Below are positions 56,601 to 64,000 of a DNA stretch of 64,000 nucleotides, piece by piece. Positions within the stretch are counted from its first letter, which is position 1; every line of letters starts with the position of its first letter. A program made the position numbers and the translations under genes. Below the pieces are notes generated by a model. It was not told where the DNA came from. It made no database searches and saw nothing but the letters and a program-made list of their open reading frames with translations. This DNA is from a virus (lineage: Duplodnaviria > Caudoviricetes), in IMG/VR virus record IMGVR_UViG_3300043177_000122, positions 128,001-192,000 of that record, one strand, 5' to 3'.

Positions 56601-57172
56601 GTGAGTCATTTAGCTGCAAACCATCACTAGCATATGGTAAATTCTTTGATGGAGATGCTACAACTGTACAAGAAATTAAACGAATGAAGGATAAGACCAA
56701 TGTATCTTCTGTCAAAGGTATCATTCGTGATTTCTTTGAATTCCGTGTGAAAAAAGAAGGTAAGTATTATGGTCAGTCTATGATTAAAGCTGTAATGGAA
56801 GATAAAAATGGCGACCAATGTACTCTAACTATTTTCCCGGACCGCTGGAAAACCGTACAGGAACGAATTGCAGAACTTAATAAGAAGGCTGAATTTGATA
56901 TAGGTATAGCATTGTACTTCTCGGGTAACACCAATTCTTATGAAGATGATATGGGAATCATATTGGATCAATTATACCATATCGCGTTGCCGCCGTCTTT
57001 GCCGGCCGATCTAAAAGCTAAGAAAATCAATCTTAAAGAGGCAAAAGCTAAGCTTTTTGGAGAGGTAAAAGAGGAAAAACCTAAGAGTCCTCAGGAGATA
57101 CTAGATCAAATTGAAGATACTCTCTATGATGAGGGCCTAATTGATTTAGATGACGAAAATGAAGATGATTGA
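53660..57172 (+). CDS. dnaE: DNA polymerase III alpha subunit (family C)
   Basis: PHP domain (AITDHG), GRGS.GGSLVAY.LGI, PDIDTDF, HAGG, GL.K.D.LGL, YGFN.SH; no intein seen. Confidence 0.97.
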   Translation: MTDFVSLHNQTQFSILDSIITPKALFKRAKELGQTAVAITDHGSLAGTWDAWKASKETGVKLIIGCECYFQDDASNVNEKFRHIVLLAKNAVGYRNLLTLNKKGFDQSSFVGKRVYSVLDWKLLEQYSEGLICLTACGNGIISQPIMKGKMDEAEKTLLRLKDLFADNLGIEIQPNNMKRGSNIFNDEIDQDFLNRQLVKLGKKHNVRVVAACNAHYLTKEDADVHDAFLAIGAHQPKHSGFRLKYPVPEFYLKTGDEVKEFFARVYKDEAQTFVDNSIYFANLCEKPEWIDPKFSNPSGKELPVFPVKDEPDYPQFREWVTKQPEDIQKLDEDKLFLRYRCIERFDSRVKNLTPEQREQYNKRIEEELDVLEFHGFSSYMLIVADFIDWARKHEIAVGEGRGSVGGSLVAYLLGIHQADPIKYNLIFARFHNKEKSSFPDIDTDFAPSGRELVQNYLRKKYGEDHVAHVSNVNTITPKVYVKDIARIFEFGGSKEEAFKIGNEVANCIPADIHSIDDALTKVPLFAEYAKKYPEFVKYKDICGKYRAWSTHAGGIIISARPLTGLVPLRKDKDGALAIEYDKDKAEENGLVKMDTLGLSTLDIIGQAMKLIKESGKPVPENISYDEYDQEAYDIISSGDTFCVFQLGTSGGTIDLCKQIKPKSVNDISYINSLARPSARDMRKDFILTKVGKKPFALLHPTLGRAFNNTFGFGLYEESLMYLAQDVAGWSLHEADRLRKLTKEKGKNPKKVQEWRNEFIKGAVENNVDEAIAKRIWDEVVDKFQGYGFNMSHSILYSMTSYKTAYLKAHYPIEFLMANLMAEVKSNSPDAKGNIEKIKKEIRKRRVKIVPPDINKSQLSYTIEDGNKLITGLDAIKFVGADAINDILEKRPFTSFFDFMSRVSSKTVRANSIQALAACGALDSFGIPRKLMYLYVSDYRKKLQVWLKKHDPTQEEFIYPWPQESAWTMPEIYALEHYYLGESFSCKPSLAYGKFFDGDATTVQEIKRMKDKTNVSSVKGIIRDFFEFRVKKEGKYYGQSMIKAVMEDKNGDQCTLTIFPDRWKTVQERIAELNKKAEFDIGIALYFSGNTNSYEDDMGIILDQLYHIALPPSLPADLKAKKINLKEAKAKLFGEVKEEKPKSPQEILDQIEDTLYDEGLIDLDDENEDD

Positions 57173-57274
57173 TATATACGATGTTGGTTGATAACAAAAT
57201 TGGCCGTATCGTCGAAAAATGATAAAGATGATATCATTTGTATATAAAATCTATGCATAGTAAGGAATGTAGTT

Positions 57275-58213
57275 ATGTCAAGAATAAAGCTAAAGGAATG
57301 GGCAGATAGAAATAACCTGTCATACATTACCGCAAATAGACATTTCCACCAAGGATTAATCCCTGGGGCTGTCCAGCTTGATTCTGGTACTATCCTTGTA
57401 GAGGATGACTCTTTGGAGCAGAATATGGCAGCTAATTCTAGTGCAAATGATGCAATGTCCCTTTTTCTGAAAAAGACGGTCGAGTTCAGTAAAAATAATT
57501 CCACAGTGGAAGACTTTGCCGCTTTTATTATCTCGAATTTTCAGCTTAAACTAAATTCAGTTCCAGAGAGCCCTCGCTACTCTCGTAATAGACCAAAAGC
57601 AGATGAAGTGCAAAAACACTTTCAGCAATTCCTTCCAGATAAAGAATCTGTTGAACATATGAAAGCAGTCGCAGCTCTTTTGAAGCAAGGTAAAACGGCT
57701 GGAAATGTTGTGCCTGCTGCAAGTGTGCCTGCTGCAAGTGCGCCTGAGGCAGCAGCCACTTCACCTGCTGATGGTTTGTTAAGTGAAGAAGAATTGCAAA
57801 GTTTATTTGCGGCATCTCCTAGTGCCGTAACAGACATGCATGCGTATACAGGTGTACACATGTATGGGGGAGAAACTACTGAAGGTCTGGTATCACGAAG
57901 TGTTGATTTAAACACAACTCCACAACAAATCAACTATACCGGCTCTACAAGCCAGACCTTCAGTAGCACATCTTCTATTATTGGAGGTATGCAAGCCAAC
58001 GCTAGTCATCTTGTTGGCGCCGCTCCGTTTGGAGAAGTTGCTATGAATGGAATATTTTTAGCCGCTCCAGCATCTGCTAGTTCTGTGCCCGTTACTTTCC
58101 AACCAACTCAAAAAGAAATATTATCAGCAACTCAAATTATTGAAACTGTCGATTCTGATGAAGTTAATGAGTTCCCACGCAAACGTGGCAGAAAACCATC
58201 TAAGAAGAGATAA
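57275..58213 (+). CDS. putative DNA-binding protein: IS607/MerR-like HTH, low-complexity linker, AT-hook
   Basis: KLKEWA..N.LSY.TA.R.F..G.IP N-terminus; PRKRGRKP C-terminus. Confidence 0.6.
   Translation: MSRIKLKEWADRNNLSYITANRHFHQGLIPGAVQLDSGTILVEDDSLEQNMAANSSANDAMSLFLKKTVEFSKNNSTVEDFAAFIISNFQLKLNSVPESPRYSRNRPKADEVQKHFQQFLPDKESVEHMKAVAALLKQGKTAGNVVPAASVPAASAPEAAATSPADGLLSEEELQSLFAASPSAVTDMHAYTGVHMYGGETTEGLVSRSVDLNTTPQQINYTGSTSQTFSSTSSIIGGMQANASHLVGAAPFGEVAMNGIFLAAPASASSVPVTFQPTQKEILSATQIIETVDSDEVNEFPRKRGRKPSKKR
57710..57754 (+). repeat. 15-bp coding tandem repeat (VPAAS x2 plus a degenerate third unit)
   Basis: GTGCCTGCTGCAAGT repeated. Confidence 0.7.
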
Positions 58214-58215
58214 TA

Positions 58216-59233
58216 ATGCAATTGTCAAGTCGTCTTACAAAATTATTTCAATCACAAACTGATAAGATATTTAAATATCTTTTTTCAGAGAATCCTGATG
58301 TTATTAAGTCTTATGTCAATGGTGGTTTATCTGCTATTAGCATGATATTAGCACCAGTTAATGTATTTATGAGGCATCTACTAACGGTTCAAGGTTTAGA
58401 CCCTGATGCGGTTCCTGGGGAAGCTCAGAGAGAATTGCTTCAAACTGCTTTTAATAGTATATTTGAAGCCACTCATGAAAAAGATTATGATGACGATTAT
58501 GATGTTTCGTGGGCTCGTAATAGATATAAGTCTGTGAAAGAAAAGCTAGATATTACTGAAGATAATTATAAGTCTCTGACAGATTTATCTAGGTTTAATG
58601 ATGACCCACCAGTTTTGACTAAAGAAAAATTTGATGATTTAGTGCAAAAGGTTAATCCAGTAGCATTAGAGTCGGAAAAACGCGAATTACCATTAGTAAC
58701 AACTTATTTCCAAGATGAAATTCAAGCTCTTAAAAGTTTTGTTGATTCTATGGAAGAAAGCAAAGCTAAGAAAAATAATCTTAAACCATCCTCTAAAAAG
58801 GTAAATAAAGGTAAGAGATCGGGAGGTATAATTCGTAGAATAACTTCTAATGAGACGCCAAAAGAAGAACCATCAACTTTGGAGGTTAAATCTGATCGTA
58901 AAGTTCGTCCATCTTCTAAGAGACCCCCCAGGTCGTAATTTAAGTGAATTAGCTGCGGAAAAGAAAGTTAAGGTAAAAGAAGCTATCCCAGAATTTCACG
59001 CAGAAATGAAAAGAAAACTAACTAAAGCTACAGAACTAACCAACCTAATGATTGCAAATGGTCTTTGTCAACCGGATAATAAATCTCGTAGAGACCAAAT
59101 TAAGTCAATGATAAATTGGACTGATAACAATTTTGAAGCTCTAGAAAGAGTTATCAAAAAAAAATACGCTCCCACGAAAGATGCAGTAGTTGAGAATAAA
59201 TTTAAAGGCTCTTTTAGAAGAGTTCGGAAATAA
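58216..59233 (+). pseudogene. probable single gene split at a C6 run (track ORFs 58216-58938 and 58850-59233)
   Basis: Removing one C at 58924-58929 gives ...SSKRPPGRNLSELAAEKK... Confidence 0.5.
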
Positions 59234-59240
59234 GGTATAA

Positions 59241-59702
59241 ATGCCAATTAGACGTGTTCAACAACAATCAGATAGTGGAAGTATCCAAAACCTACAAAAT
59301 AGGAACGAGGAAGAACTTCCTCCAACCGATTATGAGCTTCGAGTGAAAGAGCTTTATGAACATGCATTGGTAACTAGAAATCAAGCCCTAGTTGACTCCC
59401 TGAGTTTGATTCCACTTAATGGGGCTGCCAATGATCCGGTTTCTATTTTTTTTAGACACAGAGAATATGTTAAATCACTTAGCGCCTCGCTAGCTGAAAA
59501 AATTCGGCAGGCAGCTAAAGAAATTGCAAGCTGCTTACATGTGGATGAATCTTCTTTACCACAAGAAATAAAATGGTCTAGATATAAGCAATCTCATTAT
59601 CTTACAGCTATTACTGAAGATATTGATATAGTTAAAGTAGCAAGTGCTGATGGCCAAACTTATACGAGGACAAAAAGAAGTTTTAGAAGGGTAATCGAAT
59701 GA
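59241..59702 (+). CDS. hypothetical protein
   Basis: 153 aa; ends RSFRRVIE. Confidence 0.65.
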   Translation: MPIRRVQQQSDSGSIQNLQNRNEEELPPTDYELRVKELYEHALVTRNQALVDSLSLIPLNGAANDPVSIFFRHREYVKSLSASLAEKIRQAAKEIASCLHVDESSLPQEIKWSRYKQSHYLTAITEDIDIVKVASADGQTYTRTKRSFRRVIE

Positions 59703-60511
59703 AGTGCGTATCCTGTGAAATAGAAATTAATCCAAAATGGAAATATGCTATTGATATGAATGTGTGTCCCTTTTGTGGCAAACATATTATGGAAGAGCAT
59801 CTTAAGAACTGTCTAACTACTTTGGCTGCTGCTATGGAAGCGATGCTTAAGTACCCTGAACAGTTAGATGATTGGCTGCTATCTAATCATAACTATATTA
59901 AAACAGACTCTCCCGATCTAAAACAATATCTTCCAAAAGAAGCTTTCGAAGAAATACGCAAAGAACTTGATGAAGCAGAATTTCAAGAGAAGAAAAAGTC
60001 TGTTGTTAAGATTAAGGTTCCGACAGAAGATGGTGATGTTATTGAACAAGAAGTTGTTGTTGAAAAGATGGCAACCGATGATAGAACTCAAACTTTCCAC
60101 GATCGCGCAAACAATATGTTGAAGCAAGAGAAAGCTGTGAATGGTGACCCTAAAAGTGTCGCCGCAAAAACTAGGGATCTTAAAGCAATGGCAGAAAAAA
60201 TCAAGCGAGAAGCTGCAATTCAAGCGAAAGCCGAAGGTGGTATGGCACCTATGATGAGCAAGGAAATGATCGCTTCTGGTGATATAGTGTCTTCGAGCTT
60301 GCCACCAGCTTCCGATGGTGATGACGATGAAATTTCAGATGTTGTTTTAGCAATGAATAATATGAAAAAATTTGGAGGGGTTGGTGGTGCGAACGAAAAA
60401 GATTTGCATGCCCTAGCTAAGATGCAGGCAAAAGCTCAAGGCGCTTTCAAACGATTGGGTTCTGGTCAAGGAAGTTTTTCAAGAGTAAACCATGGCAATC
60501 AGAGTCGTTGA
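59699..60511 (+). CDS. hypothetical protein with N-terminal Zn ribbon
   Basis: CVSC...CPFC. Confidence 0.7.
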   Translation: MKCVSCEIEINPKWKYAIDMNVCPFCGKHIMEEHLKNCLTTLAAAMEAMLKYPEQLDDWLLSNHNYIKTDSPDLKQYLPKEAFEEIRKELDEAEFQEKKKSVVKIKVPTEDGDVIEQEVVVEKMATDDRTQTFHDRANNMLKQEKAVNGDPKSVAAKTRDLKAMAEKIKREAAIQAKAEGGMAPMMSKEMIASGDIVSSSLPPASDGDDDEISDVVLAMNNMKKFGGVGGANEKDLHALAKMQAKAQGAFKRLGSGQGSFSRVNHGNQSR

Positions 60512-60779
60512 CAATAAGAAACTGGAAATGACAGATGATGAATGGGATATGTACCAAAAGATTTGTAAGTCTTATACAGATGTAACTGGTAAAGGCGAAG
60601 ATCTTTTTATGGATTTGTTTGAGACTAATGATGAAGGTATTATTATTTTTTTAAAACCTCCCGCTAAGAGAAGAACTAGTTTAGAAGTATTCTTATTTTT
60701 GATGTCATTAATGCAACACCAACATTTACGTTTAATGTATCAACAGATTGATGACGCCATTAAAGAAATCAAGAAGTAA
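60492..60779 (+). CDS. hypothetical protein
   Basis: 95 aa ORF. Confidence 0.65.
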   Translation: MAIRVVDNKKLEMTDDEWDMYQKICKSYTDVTGKGEDLFMDLFETNDEGIIIFLKPPAKRRTSLEVFLFLMSLMQHQHLRLMYQQIDDAIKEIKK

Positions 60780-60780
60780 A

Positions 60781-61035
60781 ATGGGACATTATTCCGAAAA
60801 GATAAGCAATAAAGATAAGCAATTTGTCAAAGATTTCATAATGGATAAAATATCTCATAAAATAGATGAGGCTTTAGCTAATTTAGAAAGTGCTTATGAT
60901 TACAACCATTTTTGTAATGAAATATGGATTGATAGTTTTCATGGTAGTTTTAAGCTACATTTTACGCCGGCCAATGAGATGAATGATGGGCAGAATTATT
61001 ATTTATCATTTGATTATTTTGGTCGTGGCAAATAA
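60781..61035 (+). CDS. hypothetical protein
   Basis: ATG 60781 preferred. Confidence 0.55.
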   Translation: MGHYSEKISNKDKQFVKDFIMDKISHKIDEALANLESAYDYNHFCNEIWIDSFHGSFKLHFTPANEMNDGQNYYLSFDYFGRGK

Positions 61036-61088
61036 TTATTTGTCGAGAAAAAGTTCGGTTAATTCAATTATATAGGGGAAAGACAAAC

Positions 61089-61595
61089 ATGAGCCAACAA
61101 GTAAGACTCGGCGATGTTTTAGGTGCTAACCTTGAGGAAGACTTTAAGAATTTTGACCTTACGGAAATACAAAGTGTATTGGAACAATTAAGGGATGTAG
61201 ATGCTATTGATTTAGCACATGCAGAACTTTTACAACAAAAATCATTAAGAGGAGCAGATATTTTAGCAGATTATCTAGCTAAGATGGTAAAGACAGTAGC
61301 ATATCTAGAATCGAAAGTAAATAGTACAAAGAATAAAGTGTCCTTAGAATATGCGTCTCCTGATGGAGCGCGAACGACCGTGGACATGAAGAAATGGGCG
61401 GGAGAATCATCGCCCGAAGTCGAAGCAATACTAGTAAAATTAGCAGAAGCCAAAGGTGCTAAAATGGCCCTGGACCGAAAATACGAGATTTTGATCAAAG
61501 CTCACCACCATTTTAAAGACATTGCTGGCGGGCTCCGAAAGACGATCCTCGGTTATAGTTCAGGCACCGGCAACCCGCCAGGCGAGGGCTATTGA
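61089..61595 (+). CDS. UvsY-like recombination mediator (putative)
   Basis: Helical 168 aa protein directly before recA; ends in K...H..K pattern. Assignment rests largely on context. Confidence 0.45.
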   Translation: MSQQVRLGDVLGANLEEDFKNFDLTEIQSVLEQLRDVDAIDLAHAELLQQKSLRGADILADYLAKMVKTVAYLESKVNSTKNKVSLEYASPDGARTTVDMKKWAGESSPEVEAILVKLAEAKGAKMALDRKYEILIKAHHHFKDIAGGLRKTILGYSSGTGNPPGEGY

Positions 61596-61606
61596 TAGGA
61601 GAAAAA

Positions 61607-62803
61607 ATGTCAGATGATAAAAAAAAGAAAGCCGATAAGCTAACCGCATTTTTCCGAAGCTTTGCAGAAGCAGACGCTCAGTTAGATGTTAGACTCGCCC
61701 ATGAAACTATTGGAGAAAAACTTCCTGTTATTTCATCTGGCTCTATGGTTCTTGACGATGCTTTGTCATCCGGTGGTTTACCAAAAGGCAGATTGATTCA
61801 GTATTATGGCGCCCCCGGCAGTGGCAAAACCCTAATGGCAATGCTGGCTATGAAAGAAGCGCAACTACAAGACCCAACATCTCAACAGATGTTCATTGAT
61901 GCAGAAGGCACATTCGATGCTAAGTGGGCAGAGATTCTTGGACTAGATGTCACTAGAATTATTGTTGTAGATGGTGAAACGGCCGTTATTGGTCGTAGCT
62001 GTTTTGAGATGATTCTTGGGGTTCCTAAGGAAGATAAAAAGACTCATGAGCTAGTCGGCAAATCTAAGCAAGGACTACTCGATATGATTATGGCGGGAGA
62101 ATTCAATATCAACATGGTTGTGTTGGATTCACTCGGCGCCATTATTCCACCAGGCGAAGATGTTTCGGTTGTTGGAAAGATGAATATGGCTTTACTTGCC
62201 AGATTCTTAACTACTACTTTCCGTAAGCTTTCTCTTGATGCAAATAGGGCAATGGTGCCATTTATTTTCATCAACCATAAGAAAGCCAATATGGATCCTT
62301 ATGGTGTAGACCACTCGTTTTCTGGCGGAAATACTTACGCTCACTTCTTGAGTGCTAACGTTTACTTTGAAGCGGTAGCTCGTGCAGATGCGCAAATCTT
62401 GGATGAAAAAGAGCAAAAGGTCGGACATACGATGCGTGCAACCATTGAAAAATCGAAGTTTGGCCCTTACCCTCGTAAGTGTGAATTCAAAGTAAACTTC
62501 GGAGTCGGCGTTATAGATAAGCATGAAGAAATTGCACAGCTAGCTTTAGATTACAACGTGGTCGTTAAGACCTCCACAGTATCTCATGAATATGGTGATA
62601 AGAAGTGGGTTGGATTTCCAAAGTTCTGTGAAGCTCTTAAAGATGATCCAGCTCTTGCGACTGAACTAGCTTTGAAGATTAGCCAGGCGCGTGAGCAAAA
62701 GTGGGAAACAGCTCGTAAGGAACAAGAGGCCAAGAAAAATGGCGTTACTGCTGATGAAGCTGGTATAGAAACAGAAGCAAAGAAGGGCAAGAAAGGTAAG
62801 TAA
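61607..62803 (+). CDS. recA: RecA/UvsX recombinase
   Basis: SGS..LD.AL..GGLPKGR, YG.PGSGKT, FIDAE, VLDSL.A, GGN...H, K.K.G. Confidence 0.93.
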   Translation: MSDDKKKKADKLTAFFRSFAEADAQLDVRLAHETIGEKLPVISSGSMVLDDALSSGGLPKGRLIQYYGAPGSGKTLMAMLAMKEAQLQDPTSQQMFIDAEGTFDAKWAEILGLDVTRIIVVDGETAVIGRSCFEMILGVPKEDKKTHELVGKSKQGLLDMIMAGEFNINMVVLDSLGAIIPPGEDVSVVGKMNMALLARFLTTTFRKLSLDANRAMVPFIFINHKKANMDPYGVDHSFSGGNTYAHFLSANVYFEAVARADAQILDEKEQKVGHTMRATIEKSKFGPYPRKCEFKVNFGVGVIDKHEEIAQLALDYNVVVKTSTVSHEYGDKKWVGFPKFCEALKDDPALATELALKISQAREQKWETARKEQEAKKNGVTADEAGIETEAKKGKKGK

Positions 62804-62805
62804 TT

Positions 62806-63156
62806 ATGCCAATTGAGTTGGGTCCAAATAGTCTTTTAGGCGCTCAAGCTGCCTCCCTCAAGAAACCACCATTTTTAATTACATTAGAAGATGGTCTTTC
62901 TGGGAAGACTCGTAATTTTCAGAGATTTATTTCTTTGGATAAGCCTGAATCAATTAACGGTTTTGTCCAAGTCAAGGGAATTTTCTGTGATAAGGACGAA
63001 GAGGAAATAATCAAAACCTTTGCGGACATCTTGACAAATACTTCCAAAGAATTAATTTTGGAGATGATGTTTCCGCTACATAGAATTCATAGCATTAGAA
63101 GCTTAGTATTCAATGCTGTAAAGACTGTGACAGTTCCTAATAAAGAACAGAAGTAA
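62806..63156 (+). CDS. hypothetical protein
   Basis: 116 aa ORF. Confidence 0.65.
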   Translation: MPIELGPNSLLGAQAASLKKPPFLITLEDGLSGKTRNFQRFISLDKPESINGFVQVKGIFCDKDEEEIIKTFADILTNTSKELILEMMFPLHRIHSIRSLVFNAVKTVTVPNKEQK

Positions 63157-63174
63157 GATATTACGAATAGGAAA

Positions 63175-63465
63175 GTGAGTAATACAATGGTTAACGCGAA
63201 TGAAACAAATGAGGTGATTTTTCGTGGGGTCACCTCAGTAATAGAACAATCTGGAGGCATTTGGAAAGGAACGATGACAAATTTGACTACTGCTTTGAAC
63301 CGTGTTCTTAGTCAACGTCAGAGGACTCTTCTTCCTGGTTCACCAGGCGCCCTCAGAGTGGTGATTAACAGAATAGCTAATAGGCTACGTAATAGAGGTA
63401 TTGGAGTAAGATTTGGCCGTACCACTGACCACACCCGCACTCGCTACGTACGATTTACACACTAA
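63175..63465 (+). CDS. small basic protein, winged-helix-like
   Basis: W.GT...L...L....P.SP..L...I.R....LR..GI.V.F.R pattern; GTG start. Confidence 0.5.
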   Translation: MSNTMVNANETNEVIFRGVTSVIEQSGGIWKGTMTNLTTALNRVLSQRQRTLLPGSPGALRVVINRIANRLRNRGIGVRFGRTTDHTRTRYVRFTH

Positions 63466-63549
63466 TGTGATAGAAAATACGATCGATTGTTTTTGTTAAG
63501 TAGATAAACGTACTATAAGTACAAAATAGAATAACATTTGGAGATCAAA

Positions 63550-64000
63550 ATGAGTACATTCGGTGAAGTATCTTGGAATGATGATGTGTTCCCAGGCGAT
63601 AACAAGAAGCAAACAAACAGCAAAGACCTCTTTCTTCGTTTAGATGAGGGCCCGAACGAAATCCGTATTCTGACCCAACCATACCAGTACTTGGTTCATA
63701 AGTACAAGAAAGAAGGTGACAACGGTTTCGGACAGAAAGTTCAGTGTTCTGCAATTCATGGAAGCTGCCCTCTCTGTGCGGATGGCGACAAGGCTAAGCC
63801 GCGTTGGTTACTAGGAGTTATTAGTCGTAAGACTGGTACCTACAAGATTTTGGACATCTCTTTTGCTGTGTTTTCACAGATTAGAAAATATAACAAAAAT
63901 CCAAGATTTGGTGATCCAACTAAGTATGACATCAACATTGAAGTTGATAAGAACGGCGGTGCCACTGGATACTACAGTGTTCAAGCCTTGCCAAAGGAAC
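63550..64000 (+). CDS. single-stranded DNA-binding protein, T4 gp32-like (runs off window edge)
   Basis: Not in track. From ATG 63550: FLRL..G.NEIRIL, C......CPLC, RWLLGVI.R, GDPTKYDI.I. Confidence 0.75.
   Translation, partial: MSTFGEVSWNDDVFPGDNKKQTNSKDLFLRLDEGPNEIRILTQPYQYLVHKYKKEGDNGFGQKVQCSAIHGSCPLCADGDKAKPRWLLGVISRKTGTYKILDISFAVFSQIRKYNKNPRFGDPTKYDINIEVDKNGGATGYYSVQALPKE

Noticed and set aside
53660-57172. Intein or intron in dnaE, recA or topA
   Set aside because: Lengths are normal and no splicing motifs or frame breaks were seen.
1129-62790. Numerous short antisense or alternate-frame ORFs in the track (e.g. 1129-1464, 8685-9083, 43895-44392, 55054-55473, 62584-62790)
   Set aside because: They lie wholly within well-supported genes on the other strand or frame and show no motifs or RBS.
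1-64000. Genome-wide TAG-to-Gln recoding (code 15)
   Set aside because: Standard code already gives near-complete coding density, and long genes have no in-frame TAG; only two N-terminal TAG sites were found.
1-64000. Cellular (bacterial) chromosome origin
   Set aside because: Housekeeping genes are isolated from their usual operons (infC without rpmI/rplT, tig without clpX, iscU alone) and are mixed with gp32-like SSB, dNMP kinase, homing endonucleases and a majority of unknown ORFs.

Overview
The window is AT-rich, very gene-dense and mostly + strand. It is best read as part of a huge (jumbo) bacteriophage genome. It mixes phage-type replication and recombination genes (dnaE, topA, recA, UvsY-like, gp32-like SSB, SbcCD, dNMP kinase, several homing-type endonucleases) with captured translation and proteostasis genes (tmRNA, 7 tRNAs, IF-3, bS21, peptide deformylase, trigger factor, a ClpP pair, DksA, Thg1-like, Pth2-like). 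A minus-strand operon at 1-8665 encodes glycan and N-acyl-aminosugar functions, and there is no rRNA or ribosomal-protein operon. The strongest unusual signal is an apparent conditional amber system at about 14.6-16.5 kb. Two adjacent genes (HD hydrolase, Pth2-like) each carry one in-frame TAG within their first five codons, both as CTA-TAG, and two different tRNAs with a CUA anticodon follow about 0.8 kb later. None of the roughly 100 gene ends I read uses TAG, and the long genes contain no in-frame TAG, so this is not genome-wide recoding. Other notable items: a GATATAT-N8-ATG motif (probable leaderless promoter, seven exact copies), four tandem tRNA-Thr genes around a structured spacer, an ACP-dependent sugar N-acylation pathway, a plant/giant-virus-type rhamnose epimerase-reductase, an active/inactive ClpP pair, and a structured dnaE leader. 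All family assignments come from motifs recognised by eye; no database search or folding program was run.
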